From: a virus
Taxonomy: Duplodnaviria > Heunggongvirae > Uroviricota > Caudoviricetes
Virus record (IMG/VR): IMGVR_UViG_3300017722_002988
Location: 131,760 to 195,759 of that record
DNA length: 64,000 nt
Direction: 5' to 3' (one strand)
How positions within the stretch are numbered: position 1 is the first letter of the stretch; each line of letters starts with the position of its first letter. The notes beneath the pieces are model-generated. The model saw nothing but the letters and a program-made list of their open reading frames with translations. It was not told the origin of the DNA and made no database searches. The position numbers and the translations under genes were made by a program. This document shows positions 36,766 to 46,107 of this stretch, piece after piece.

Positions 36766-37082
36766 TCACCTCCCCCCTCCCACCAGACAGCAAATATCAT
36801 GATTATTCTCCTACAGACTGGGCCATGGAGTTCATCAGTTCCTATGGACAGATAGATGGTGCACACCATAAGACATGGGTCTTAGACCAAGTAGCACGTA
36901 TTCTTCATGGCACACCAGTGAAGAGTTCAATGATCACCTATGCCAATGGACAGGAAGAAGTGCGGTTCGAAACAGACCATCCACCACTAGAATACCTATT
37001 GTGGGTCACTGAGATGACAGGCCCGTGGGACCATGACGAAGAGTGTTTCGAGTATGAATATGACATCGGTATCGCACCTTGA
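36762..37082 (+). CDS. Conserved phage hypothetical protein
   Basis: YGQIDGAHHKTWVLDQVAR...GIAP motif. Confidence 0.65.
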   Translation: MITSPLPPDSKYHDYSPTDWAMEFISSYGQIDGAHHKTWVLDQVARILHGTPVKSSMITYANGQEEVRFETDHPPLEYLLWVTEMTGPWDHDEECFEYEYDIGIAP

Positions 37083-37291
37083 TTAGCTTTACCCGCAGCT
37101 CAGCCACCTTCCAGATCGTCTATATGATTCGGAAGGACATAACTCTAGATTACGTGCTCACTCGCCAACACTAAGAAGTGCACCTAACTTTTAGTTGTGT
37201 CACCACCATTCACCCGTATACCACAAATAGCAAAACAACATTAAATTCGATTTAATATCGATTCTAAATATGTTGCGAGTCGGAGAGAGCC

Positions 37292-37858
37292 ATGTACAGA
37301 GACCAGAAGCCACCGGAATCCATTAAGACCACAGAGACGTATCGCCGGACGCATCAGATAACCCTGGATACACATCAGGTCCGCTCAATCCTCCTTGACG
37401 CTGGCCTCCGGATGGCAGGCCTTGAACGAACAGCCGGGGTCTACTCGGACATCTTTATCCACCCCGGCGAGCGATGCCCAGCCACCGGAGAATCTCTGCC
37501 GACCGCAACGATCACGATCACCGAGGATCTGTCGAACCCAGCCATCACCGACTTCGCTCCACCCAACATCGAGGAGATCGTCCGGCTCAACCCACCAACC
37601 ACACCGGGGCTGAGCATCAGGCTTGGGACAGGTGTCGGATACGCTGAGATTAACAACGGCAATCAAGGGAAGAGCTGGGGCGTTGTGCCGCCATATACCA
37701 CTGCTACGCCCAGCCGTGAGAACGTGGATGCCAATGTCCGTATGAGCCGGATCACCAAACTCCATGAGGTCCTGCTCCATGGCAAGGGCAACAACATCGT
37801 CCTGAACCGTGATGAGGTAGATACCATGTTGGAGATCATCGAGCGTTCGGCTGATTAA
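37292..37858 (+). CDS. Hypothetical protein
   Basis: GGAGAG RBS, 188 aa. Confidence 0.55.
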   Translation: MYRDQKPPESIKTTETYRRTHQITLDTHQVRSILLDAGLRMAGLERTAGVYSDIFIHPGERCPATGESLPTATITITEDLSNPAITDFAPPNIEEIVRLNPPTTPGLSIRLGTGVGYAEINNGNQGKSWGVVPPYTTATPSRENVDANVRMSRITKLHEVLLHGKGNNIVLNRDEVDTMLEIIERSAD

Positions 37859-37861
37859 GTT

Positions 37862-37890
37862 GTGTACTTAATATCGTGGTATCGTATTAT
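37862..37890 (+). promoter_or_regulatory. Early promoter
   Basis: GTGTAC-17-TATTAT-GGGATAGTAA. Confidence 0.85.
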
Positions 37891-37900
37891 GGGATAGTAA

Positions 37901-38164
37901 ATGGAGCTACCCATGAAAACGCGCACGTACGGAATGCTCGAAGTGACTGCCAAGAAGCGGTCCATCGAGATGTCCTATATGGGCAGCATGAGTTCGCGGC
38001 TGCAGGACGTTCAAGAGAGCCTGGCCAAACTGGTTGGCAAGACGCTGGCCACTCGCTTCATGAAAACGGCTATTGTGACCGGATCGGTTCAATACTGCCT
38101 GGTCGTGGAGCTTCCACAAGCGAATGCGCCCAGACTGTTTGAAGACATGGTTGCAGCTCTGTGA
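37901..38164 (+). CDS. Hypothetical early protein
   Basis: ORF behind the promoter. Confidence 0.55.
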   Translation: MELPMKTRTYGMLEVTAKKRSIEMSYMGSMSSRLQDVQESLAKLVGKTLATRFMKTAIVTGSVQYCLVVELPQANAPRLFEDMVAAL

Positions 38165-38311
38165 GACTGGCCGGCTACCCACAACGGCTGAAGGCCGACA
38201 TGGAACGGCAGATGAACCGTCCAGGGGTCGTTAATTATTTCAAGCCCACCAAATGATGTGACCTCATCTACCATCCCAGTGGTGGCTATCAACTGAAACA
38301 GGAAGAACCAC

Positions 38312-38698
38312 ATGACACCCGTGACTAAGCAGGCCTGGATCGATGCACTTCGCTCTGGGGAATTCAATCAATGTACCGGAGCCCTGGGTAAGCTGGCTGA
38401 AGGGGGCGGCATTAACTATTGCTGCCTCGGCGTCCTGGCTACGCTTGCCGGTGCTCAGCACCGACTCAATCCAATCGACGAAATAAATATCCTGACCTTC
38501 GATTTTGGGGATGGGGCAGAGGACAGTGGGATCATTCCTCTGTCGGTTCGTGATACCATCGTCTCGGATCTGCCCCTGGGCCAACTGATCACGGAAAGTG
38601 GTCCGCATCGAGAGGATGATCTGATGCGGACTCTGTCCAGCAAGAACGATCGTGGTGCCACGTTTAACGAGATCGCTGACTACCTGGAGACTGTGTGA
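38312..38698 (+). CDS. CCLGV-family protein, paralog 1
   Basis: WIDALRSGEF.Q...CCLGVL...NDRGATFNEIADYL. Confidence 0.7.
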   Translation: MTPVTKQAWIDALRSGEFNQCTGALGKLAEGGGINYCCLGVLATLAGAQHRLNPIDEINILTFDFGDGAEDSGIIPLSVRDTIVSDLPLGQLITESGPHREDDLMRTLSSKNDRGATFNEIADYLETV

Positions 38699-39096
38699 TG
38701 AAGGCTGCTGAATGGACTGCTGCCCTCCGTAGCGGCAAGTATGAGCAAGGCCAGAACGCTTTGTGTGATGGCAGTGCCTTCTGCTGTCTGGGTGTCCTGG
38801 CTGAAGTGGCCGGGTTCGAGAAGGTGGTGGATCCAGAGTTTCAGGTTGTGGAGTACCTCTTCTCCAAGGATGGGATCGGCGAGGCCGAGCGAGAGGAAGC
38901 TGTGATCCCTTATAGCCTCCAACAGACCATCCTGGAGGATCTGGATCTTCGGGTCCGGGTGCCGACGGCCGAGATCGATGGACAGACGTTCCATGCTGAT
39001 GATCTACATTCCCGCCTGATCAACATGAATGACAGTGGCGTGACCTTTGATCAGATCGCTGACTATATCGATGGGGTGGCCAATGCCAATCAGTGA
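38695..39096 (+). CDS. CCLGV-family protein, paralog 2
   Basis: WTAALRSGKYEQ...CCLGVL...NDSGVTFDQIADYI. Confidence 0.7.
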   Translation: MMKAAEWTAALRSGKYEQGQNALCDGSAFCCLGVLAEVAGFEKVVDPEFQVVEYLFSKDGIGEAEREEAVIPYSLQQTILEDLDLRVRVPTAEIDGQTFHADDLHSRLINMNDSGVTFDQIADYIDGVANANQ

Positions 39097-39328
39097 AGCC
39101 CAGGTAGAGCTGGATGGAGTTTTGGCCAAGGCCAAAGAAACCACTGTGAGATCCATCCTGCAGCCCTATCTGCAGACAATCAATGAGACGCCGGATCTTC
39201 TGTCTCTGCTGTATGACGTGAACCTGCTCCCTGAGCAGTGTGTGAGTGTCAATGCGGCCGTGGCTGTATCGGCCGTCTGTGAGGCCTACCGTATGGGTCA
39301 GGCATCTGCATCCTGTGAGATTGAATGA
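39083..39328 (+). CDS. Hypothetical protein
   Basis: ORF between paralogs 2 and 3. Confidence 0.5.
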   Translation: MPISEAQVELDGVLAKAKETTVRSILQPYLQTINETPDLLSLLYDVNLLPEQCVSVNAAVAVSAVCEAYRMGQASASCEIE

Positions 39329-39714
39329 TGAAAGCAGCTGATTGGGTCAACGCCCTGAGATCCGGTGACTATGAGCAGGGCCAGGATTATCTGTGCCGCG
39401 ACGGCAAGTTCTGTTGTCTGGGAGTTCTGTGCGAGATCCAGGGCCTTCCGAAGCAGAATGTCGAGGGAGACATTTACTTTGTCTTCGACAACATGAATTC
39501 GTACGCAACCAAGCGGGCGGTTCAACAATCCGTGATCCCGCGGGCTGCTCAAGCCACCATCCTGGAAGATCTGAACCTGACGCAGGTCGTGGAAGATGAG
39601 GTGGGCGATAAGCTATCCCTCCACACCCGTCTCATCTGCATGAATGATGAGGGCAGGAGCTTCAATGAGATCGCTGACTTTATCGAGAAGATCCAGGCAG
39701 CCAATGAACACTAA
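39325..39714 (+). CDS. CCLGV-family protein, paralog 3
   Basis: WVNALRSGDYEQ...CCLGVL...NDEGRSFNEIADFI. Confidence 0.7.
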   Translation: MMKAADWVNALRSGDYEQGQDYLCRDGKFCCLGVLCEIQGLPKQNVEGDIYFVFDNMNSYATKRAVQQSVIPRAAQATILEDLNLTQVVEDEVGDKLSLHTRLICMNDEGRSFNEIADFIEKIQAANEH

Positions 39715-40036
39715 ACATTTAGCTCTACTGTATGACTATGAAAGCAAGGTCATCCGAGTGGCCGAAGGTTGTACAAACTCGCAAGCGGCCATGGCCGATG
39801 TAATCGGCGCCAGGAAAGTTCTGTTAGATCGTGAAGCAGACCTACGGACGGCTTTCACAACCTTTCTGGCTCAGGTGAAGACTATGGCTCAGCAGCTTCC
39901 CATCAACACCGGGACCTGCTGCTGCGGATCCCCTATGGCAGACCATGACCCCTTTGATAACCACAGCCCACGGGACGAAGGTGAGTACTTCGTCACCAGG
40001 GCCATCGAGGCAGCTGAGGAGGCCCTGGGCCAATGA
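39704..40036 (+). CDS. Hypothetical protein with CCCG...H...H putative metal site
   Basis: TCCCGSPMADHDPFDNHSPRD. Confidence 0.55.
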   Translation: MNTKHLALLYDYESKVIRVAEGCTNSQAAMADVIGARKVLLDREADLRTAFTTFLAQVKTMAQQLPINTGTCCCGSPMADHDPFDNHSPRDEGEYFVTRAIEAAEEALGQ

Positions 40037-40212
40037 GTCGTGAGAGCGAGCTGGACAAGATCATCCGGGATCTGATCCACATCCTGGTGCATAAGGGCAA
40101 GTGGACCAGGGATCAGAAGCAGCGATATGACATGGCCACTATGGAAAGATCCAGGCGGCTCATGTCCTTTCCCGATTATCCGCGGATCCCACGGGTGTAT
40201 CGACAATAAACT

Positions 40213-40241
40213 GTGTACATAATATCCCTGTATCGTATTAT
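40213..40241 (+). promoter_or_regulatory. Early promoter (leaderless)
   Basis: GTGTAC-17-TATTAT-GGGATT-ATG (40248). Confidence 0.85.
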
Positions 40242-40247
40242 GGGATT

Positions 40248-40460
40248 ATGGAAAAGACACTGAAGCTCCCTGCCGTCCAGATCAGCCTCTGCGGAACCCA
40301 GAAACTGGTTCCCTCGGTGAGCCCCTTCAATGATCAAGAGATCTGGTGGGCTCTGATGATCCTGGCCCCGTCGGGCCGCTGGGTCCTCGCCGGCGCTGGA
40401 CCTGCTCCTGCTGCCTACTGGATGACGGACCTCGGCTTCAACCCCTGGCTCAAAGCTTGA
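40248..40460 (+). CDS. Leaderless early hypothetical protein
   Basis: Starts at the predicted +1. Confidence 0.6.
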   Translation: MEKTLKLPAVQISLCGTQKLVPSVSPFNDQEIWWALMILAPSGRWVLAGAGPAPAAYWMTDLGFNPWLKA

Positions 40461-40462
40461 TT

Positions 40463-40639
40463 ATGGAAAAGACTGTGTATCTGCTGGAAACTGAATGGGG
40501 CGGGATCCCCATGTGGTGGGGCGTCGTCGGTGACTGGACTGAGGTCCGCACCGAGGGCCGTGTGTTTGACACCGACCGTGATGCGGAAGACTTTGGCTGG
40601 GCTAATGGCCTGGACGACGTGTACCCGGTGGCGAAATGA
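40463..40639 (+). CDS. Hypothetical protein
   Basis: ATG 2 nt after the previous stop. Confidence 0.5.
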   Translation: MEKTVYLLETEWGGIPMWWGVVGDWTEVRTEGRVFDTDRDAEDFGWANGLDDVYPVAK

Positions 40640-40917
40640 GCAGGCTGTGGGAACTGTGGTGCTATGAGTGGCAGTGGCGCGTCGACTCTTTCATGAAGAA
40701 TATGGGGTATCGCCTTAGGCCCTCCACCTGGCCACAACTGACCCGTCGGATCTTCGTCTGTGGGGCGCTTCTGTTTGGACCTCTGCTGATCCTGGCATGG
40801 GTCACGTATCTGCTCCTGTACGCATTGATCATCGCAACGTGGGCTGCTGGCATGGTCGTTCTCATCGTATTGGGTGTCGTCCTGTGGCCCCTGGAAAGTC
40901 TGTGGAAGCTGTGGTAG
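40636..40917 (+). CDS. Membrane protein
   Basis: Long hydrophobic C-terminal half. Confidence 0.55.
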   Translation: MSRLWELWCYEWQWRVDSFMKNMGYRLRPSTWPQLTRRIFVCGALLFGPLLILAWVTYLLLYALIIATWAAGMVVLIVLGVVLWPLESLWKLW

Positions 40918-41265
40918 TCTCATTCGACCGTGACATTCTCATTGAGGCCATAGCGCGGGCTCTGAAGCCTATGTGGTTTGATACCCTCCAGGATCCTGAG
41001 CGGGGCGAGTACTGCGCCTTGAATAACTATCCTGGGCAGCACCTGAAATACCAGGCGAAGGCCCGAGAAGAGGCAACAGCTCTAGTGGAGCAACTGAAAC
41101 GATGACCCCTATGCCGAACATTCCGCCAAGCCTGAACTTCAAGGAAGCCTGCGCTCTTGTGGCCCTTCATCAGGTCCTTGGCAGCTATTCTATGACGGCG
41201 TCAGGCGCTGAATGGATTGCTGAGCAAGCCTGGAAGATTGCTGACCAGATGGAGCATAAGAAACG

Positions 41266-41460
41266 ATGACCGATAGAGACTACGAAGGCTACGGGGATAT
41301 GCCTTACGGCGACGGTGATGTGGCGACCTACATGAGCCTGCGGGATTACTTCGCTGCAGCAGCCCTCCAGGGGATGCTGGCTAATAACCCGCTGTTCGCT
41401 AGCCCGATATTGGCTTATCAAAAAGCAGATGAAATGTTGAGGGTTCGAAATGAAACCTGA
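41266..41460 (+). CDS. Phage protein of the MxLRDYFAA family
   Basis: MSLRDYFAAAALQGMLA...AYQKADEML. Confidence 0.65.
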   Translation: MTDRDYEGYGDMPYGDGDVATYMSLRDYFAAAALQGMLANNPLFASPILAYQKADEMLRVRNET

Positions 41461-41638
41461 TGAGATCCAGGCCCAGAAGGACAAGCTTTACGACGCCGTA
41501 ATCAAGTGGCGTGATGAAAACAATGTATGGGATGGTGAGGTCATCGCCCTGTACGATCATGTCCGGGAAACCTTTGACGAATTGATCCACGAGCTGATCC
41601 GAACCGTGGGCTATGCTCCTTACAAGGAAGAAGATTGA
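41450..41638 (+). CDS. Hypothetical protein
   Basis: Coupled ORF. Confidence 0.5.
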   Translation: MKPDEIQAQKDKLYDAVIKWRDENNVWDGEVIALYDHVRETFDELIHELIRTVGYAPYKEED

Positions 41639-41639
41639 T

Positions 41640-41867
41640 ATGAGAATCACCCTACTGGCCGTGATGGCCATCGTTCTGGCCGGCTGCGGATATGGACCCA
41701 GAGATCTGGATAACCTCTACGTCTTCGCCAAGCATGACTCCACGGGGCTCTGCTTCTTCGGCGAGGACTGGAACAACGACGGCATGCTCGACTCTGGCAC
41801 GGCCGGCGAAGTTCCCTGCACCCCAGAGGTCGAGAAGTGGATTGTGGACCACAGGAGAGTTCGATGA
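41640..41867 (+). CDS. Putative lipoprotein
   Basis: Lipobox LAGC after a hydrophobic signal. Confidence 0.6.
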   Translation: MRITLLAVMAIVLAGCGYGPRDLDNLYVFAKHDSTGLCFFGEDWNNDGMLDSGTAGEVPCTPEVEKWIVDHRRVR

Positions 41868-42386
41868 ACCGTAAGATTGAAGAGCCCCTGAGGGCGGCCA
41901 TTGAGCACATCAATGAAGTCCTGGCTACGGTCACTACGGACGCAGATGCTTGGCTTCTCAATGAGGCCATTCAACGTATCCAGGACGCACTCGATGAGTC
42001 CTGAGTTTGTCATTTGGATCCTGGTGGCCATGGTTGCCGGCAGGATGATCTGGAAGGCCTGGATGAGGAGGCAGCCATGAACAAGAAGATCTGGCCTGGG
42101 GTCTACACTCACAACATCATTGAGGTCATCGAGTTTGAGGAATGGTTTGGCCGCCTTGGAGGCAATGGGCGGTACATTGGTGACTGCATGCAGATTATCG
42201 GTGGACCAGGGGTTGCTCCTGGTGAGACTGTAACCTTCCATGAAGGCAAATGGGGAGTGGAACCGTGAAGGTTTTTATAATTGCCTTGGAGCTGGCCTGG
42301 GCCCTTGCTCCTATGGCTTATAAGGAGCGAGTTCGGCTGATCTTGAAAGACGCCAAGCAGCAGGTTTATGAAGAGGATGGATACGC

Positions 42387-42632
42387 ATGAACGATAAAGT
42401 GATTGATGCGCTGCTTGCTTTTGATCCGGAGCCGCTGGACAAGCTTCGGCAGCGGGTTCGTGTGGAGGGCGGCTTCGCAAATGCGGTCCTCCTGACCGAC
42501 GGCTATGATTTCTGGGTGGAGTCCTGGAAGAACCAGGGTCATGGCTATACCCCGCCTATGATCATCAGCTTGAAGTGCAAGACGCCTAAGGGGGCTTGGC
42601 AGTCCTGCAGCGAGTATTTGGCGGCCAGATGA
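42387..42632 (+). CDS. Hypothetical protein, paralog of 42629
   Basis: TDGYDFWVES...IIS...TPKGAW...LAAR. Confidence 0.6.
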   Translation: MNDKVIDALLAFDPEPLDKLRQRVRVEGGFANAVLLTDGYDFWVESWKNQGHGYTPPMIISLKCKTPKGAWQSCSEYLAAR

Positions 42633-42826
42633 CCGAACTCGTAGACAGAGTCATCCCATTCCTTCAAGAGGGTGTAAGGAAAGAGTTTCCTGACGCCAAA
42701 CTGAAGACCAATGGCTACATGTACTGGGTAGAATCGGCTGCTATCGGAGGAGAGATCATCTCCGAGAGAGCCAGTACTCCAGGTCGGGCTTGGCGAAAGG
42801 CTTTGGATTTCGCTGCAGCAAGATAA
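42629..42826 (+). CDS. Hypothetical protein, paralog of 42387
   Basis: TNGYMYWVES...IIS...TPGRAW...AAAR. Confidence 0.6.
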   Translation: MTELVDRVIPFLQEGVRKEFPDAKLKTNGYMYWVESAAIGGEIISERASTPGRAWRKALDFAAAR

Positions 42827-42828
42827 CT

Positions 42829-42857
42829 GTGTACTTAAATGTGGATCTTCGTACTAT
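42829..42857 (+). promoter_or_regulatory. Early promoter
   Basis: GTGTAC-17-TACTAT. Confidence 0.8.
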
Positions 42858-42880
42858 GGGATAGTAAGAGGAGAGACGTG

Positions 42881-43072
42881 ATGTACACGGTTGGTCAACA
42901 GCTCCAGGGTGAGCGCTGGTCGGATCAAGGCGAGATCGAGGTCCTGGTGGGAACGTTCTGTTTCCGTACGGATGACCCTGAGGGGTACATTCAGGACATC
43001 GTCCTGGACGTACCCGGTCGTGGTCGGCTCTATTTCGATGAGCAAGGCGTCAGCCCGGTGATTTACCTCTAA
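42881..43072 (+). CDS. Hypothetical early protein
   Basis: AGGAG RBS after the promoter. Confidence 0.55.
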   Translation: MYTVGQQLQGERWSDQGEIEVLVGTFCFRTDDPEGYIQDIVLDVPGRGRLYFDEQGVSPVIYL

Positions 43073-43101
43073 GATCAGCGCCTCACGGCCTGATCTTTTC
43101 G

Positions 43102-43130
43102 TTGTACCTATTTTCCCATCGTTGTATATT
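43102..43130 (+). promoter_or_regulatory. Early promoter
   Basis: TTGTAC-17-TATATT. Confidence 0.75.
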
Positions 43131-43156
43131 GAGATAGTAACAAGGAAACACTTCTC

Positions 43157-43447
43157 ATGCATATGACCGAGTTCCCGAACCTGATCGCTGCCCGTGCTGG
43201 CGTCATCGCCGCCGGATACACCATCAAGGAAGGTGTCGGTCAGGCCGGTGATTACGCCTACGGAAGCCGCGAGTACTGGAAGCATCCGGACAGCCCGGTC
43301 AACGAGTACAACGTCCCGCTGTGGACCGCCACGATCTCCAAGATTCCCGGCGGCTGGTGCACCTGTGATCTGGACCCGTACGGCATGAGCCGCCACGTGG
43401 TCGAAGCCGCGGCCGGTGAATTCCCCATCCTCGAATCTGTTGAATAG
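43157..43447 (+). CDS. Hypothetical early protein
   Basis: AAGGA RBS, 96 aa. Confidence 0.6.
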   Translation: MHMTEFPNLIAARAGVIAAGYTIKEGVGQAGDYAYGSREYWKHPDSPVNEYNVPLWTATISKIPGGWCTCDLDPYGMSRHVVEAAAGEFPILESVE

Positions 43448-43555
43448 GACACTACCATGACACGCCACGACTGGAATGAGTGGATTTGGGCTGGGGTTGT
43501 CCTCATCGCTTCGATCGTTTTCGGCTTGAGCTTAATTTTCTGAAAGGAAACTACC

Positions 43556-43744
43556 ATGACACCTACTAACCGTGAAACACGTGACGCTATGGCCGCCGAG
43601 ATCTTCACTCAAATCATGGTCGGCGGTACCAATCTGGACCAGCTGACCCCCGGTGAACGAGAAGCTCTCTATGACCAGGTTGCTGACTTCACTCTGGCCA
43701 TGGCCAACCGATTCCAGGCACGTGCATGGGCTACCCCTGTATGA
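43556..43744 (+). CDS. Hypothetical protein
   Basis: AAGGA RBS. Confidence 0.55.
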   Translation: MTPTNRETRDAMAAEIFTQIMVGGTNLDQLTPGEREALYDQVADFTLAMANRFQARAWATPV

Positions 43745-43995
43745 TGGACTCTGTTTTCAAACACAGCGTTGATCTGAACGCCCCCAACGGCATCACTCAC
43801 CTCTTCTGTGGAGAGGTTCTGCACTTTGCTGAACAGGCCGGCCAACTCTACGTCTGGGCTCGTACAGTTGATACCAGGCCACGTTTCGTCCGGCTGGTCG
43901 TGACCGGCATGCCTTTTGATGGGCAGGGCCTGAAGCACGTGGGCACGGCGATGATGAATGATGGCTATTTCGTAGTCCACGCCTTTTCTTCCTAG
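43741..43995 (+). CDS. Conserved phage hypothetical protein
   Basis: EVLHFAEQ.GQLYVWA...VTGMPF...HVGT motif. Confidence 0.55.
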   Translation: MMDSVFKHSVDLNAPNGITHLFCGEVLHFAEQAGQLYVWARTVDTRPRFVRLVVTGMPFDGQGLKHVGTAMMNDGYFVVHAFSS

Positions 43996-44180
43996 GAGAA
44001 TATCATGCAAGAGCAATACAAGCTGAATCCACAGGAAGTGGCTGAGGCCCTTGCCCAATACGTGAATCGTAAGCTCACGGCTGAAGGCCGACCGATCAAG
44101 TCCAACGTGAAAGTCTTTACCAGGACCGACCAGTTTGGTCAGGTCGAGGGAACAGTTACCTTCGAACGCTGATCTTTTTA

Positions 44181-44209
44181 TTGTACATAATATGGGGTTG
44201 TCGTATTAT
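44181..44209 (+). promoter_or_regulatory. Early promoter
   Basis: TTGTAC-17-TATTAT. Confidence 0.85.
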
Positions 44210-44233
44210 GGGATAGTAAGAAGGACACCTGCT

Positions 44234-44638
44234 ATGACCCCGACTGCTCTGACCGCCGCCACTGTCACCGCCGCCCAAGTTGAGGCTGGCCTGACGGACG
44301 ACTGGTGCTACTCGGACGCCTTCAAGGAAATCTATGGCTACCGCCCCCGTGGCGAGTACGTCAATAGCCCCGAGTACGTGGCTGAGTTCTGGAATAGCTT
44401 TGACGAGCTGTTCGCTGAGGCCCAGGAGCAGGACAAGGCCGATCTGGCCGCTGCCTGTGAGGCGGTTGGCATTCCCAACACCGGCTGGATGGCCTACTAC
44501 GACTACCTGGAGACCCAGGATCGGGCCGAGCGGGAAGCCTATGAGGCCATGGAGGCCGAAGCGGCCGCTGAGAAGGCTGAATTTTATCGTCGGGGCTCTC
44601 CTGCTCCGGTTCTGGAGGCTTGGGCACACGGTGCCTGA
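44234..44638 (+). CDS. Acidic Ala-rich early protein
   Basis: YSDAFKEIYGYRPR motif. Confidence 0.65.
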   Translation: MTPTALTAATVTAAQVEAGLTDDWCYSDAFKEIYGYRPRGEYVNSPEYVAEFWNSFDELFAEAQEQDKADLAAACEAVGIPNTGWMAYYDYLETQDRAEREAYEAMEAEAAAEKAEFYRRGSPAPVLEAWAHGA

Positions 44639-44650
44639 GCCCATTTTTCG

Positions 44651-44679
44651 TTGTACTTAAATCCACACTGTCGTATTAT
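44651..44679 (+). promoter_or_regulatory. Early promoter
   Basis: TTGTAC-17-TATTAT. Confidence 0.85.
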
Positions 44680-44703
44680 GGGATAGTAAGAAGGAAACCT
44701 GCT

Positions 44704-44907
44704 ATGACCCTGTTCTATGCTGACGCCCTGACCGAAGACCGTCTGGAGACTGTCTTTGAAACTGAAGCTGCCACCCGAGATGAAGCTCGGGACTATTTCG
44801 AGGATGCCTATCCGGATTGCCGGATCAAGCGCATCTATTCGGCTGCGGAAGCTGCTGAAGAAGAAGGTGCTCGGTATCGTCGCCTCACTCTGGCCATGGA
44901 TTATTGA
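44704..44907 (+). CDS. Small acidic early protein
   Basis: ORF behind the promoter. Confidence 0.6.
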   Translation: MTLFYADALTEDRLETVFETEAATRDEARDYFEDAYPDCRIKRIYSAAEAAEEEGARYRRLTLAMDY

Positions 44908-44908
44908 T

Positions 44909-45136
44909 ATGACTATCGCAGCTGATGACATGACCATGGCCCAAGCCAAGCGCTGGGTGGCTCAGGAGGCGGCCAAATACAACACGGCCGCTGAGATCAA
45001 TGTGTGGCTTCAGGACTATAACAGCCGTTTCGACTGGCCGAAGCTCGAAGAAGAGTATCCGAACAGCGATTGGGCTGATGCCGAGCTGACTCGTGTCCTT
45101 CTTGGACGTATGGCCCAACTGGAAGAATCGTTTTGA
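44909..45136 (+). CDS. Hypothetical protein
   Basis: Coupled ORF. Confidence 0.5.
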   Translation: MTIAADDMTMAQAKRWVAQEAAKYNTAAEINVWLQDYNSRFDWPKLEEEYPNSDWADAELTRVLLGRMAQLEESF

Positions 45137-45399
45137 CTGATCTGACCGCTCGACAACTCATCTCCAGTTTCAGCCAGGTCAATCGGTCTCGTCTGCAGAT
45201 GGCTGCCGAGACCGGCCGCTATGAAATGGTCATGGATGGTGCCGGCCATCATTTCAAGGCGACTTTTGCTGACACCTGCCTGCAGTTGACTTATCTGGAC
45301 GATAACACCATCGTCTTCCATGCCAGTTTCGAGGCCGTCAAAGAGGCCTACTTGGCCGGAGACGGCCGAGCGAGCCTTTTGGAGTTTCGCAATGACTGA
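45133..45399 (+). CDS. Hypothetical protein
   Basis: TTGA-coupled ORF. Confidence 0.5.
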   Translation: MTDLTARQLISSFSQVNRSRLQMAAETGRYEMVMDGAGHHFKATFADTCLQLTYLDDNTIVFHASFEAVKEAYLAGDGRASLLEFRND

Positions 45400-45628
45400 C
45401 CGGTACCTGAAAGACATCCAGCGGGATTATCCAGAGGCTACAGCCTGGAACATTGCTGACAACGGACACCTGATCGTGACCATGAGCCGCCTGGCATCTA
45501 TTCGCGATGTCTGGGTAGGTAACCGTCGGTACACTTTGTGCGCTGTTGATCCTGGAGTGAGCCCCAAGCACCGCGGCGAACTGTTTTGCCGCTTTTGGCC
45601 TGTTACTATTATTCGCGAAGAAGATTGA
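45392..45628 (+). CDS. Hypothetical protein
   Basis: Coupled ORF. Confidence 0.5.
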   Translation: MTDRYLKDIQRDYPEATAWNIADNGHLIVTMSRLASIRDVWVGNRRYTLCAVDPGVSPKHRGELFCRFWPVTIIREED

Positions 45629-45629
45629 T

Positions 45630-45875
45630 ATGAAGCTGACCCAAGAAGAACTGAACGGCTTTCCGCTGCAGTCCGGTATCCGGCTCGGTGAGTATTTCGA
45701 AGTCAATGTGGTGGAGGATGGCAAGCGCCTGATCATCACCTGTGATTCCATTGAGGTCATTCCACACGAGTACCTCCGATATGGGGCACATATCTATCGG
45801 TTCGAGGGAGTGCATTGTTCTCTTAGACCCGCTGGAACACCCCCTGCAATTGATCTCTGTTATAAGGCTACCTGA
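45630..45875 (+). CDS. Hypothetical protein
   Basis: Coupled ORF. Confidence 0.5.
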   Translation: MKLTQEELNGFPLQSGIRLGEYFEVNVVEDGKRLIITCDSIEVIPHEYLRYGAHIYRFEGVHCSLRPAGTPPAIDLCYKAT

Positions 45876-46072
45876 TGTTTGAAATCCTGTTTACTATTGG
45901 CATGGGCCTTCTAGTCGCAGCTATCGTCTTGGTCATCTTGGCCTTGATGTCTGCCATGCTTGATCGACCCACTGGAGCTGTATGGCTAGGTGGAGGGGCA
46001 GCTGCGTGTGTTGGTCTTAGTCTCTTGCTGGCCATCTTGACTGGTATCCTTGGAATGTTCGGCATTCTCTAA
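45875..46072 (+). CDS. Small two-TM membrane protein
   Basis: Almost entirely hydrophobic, 65 aa. Confidence 0.55.
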   Translation: MFEILFTIGMGLLVAAIVLVILALMSAMLDRPTGAVWLGGGAAACVGLSLLLAILTGILGMFGIL

Positions 46073-46074
46073 TC

Positions 46075-46082
46075 GATAAATA
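46075..46082 (+). promoter_or_regulatory. Late promoter (GATAAATA)
   Basis: Consensus match before ORF 46108. Confidence 0.65.
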
Positions 46083-46107
46083 GGACAAACCTAGAGAATG
46101 GTGTCCT

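Larger units (their letters stand above)
44199..44710 (+). repeat. 42-bp direct repeat (44199-44240 and 44669-44710) spanning -10 box, RBS and start codon
   Basis: TGTCGTATTATGGGATAGTAAGAAGGA(C/A)ACCTGCTATGACCC, 41/42 identical. Confidence 0.9.
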
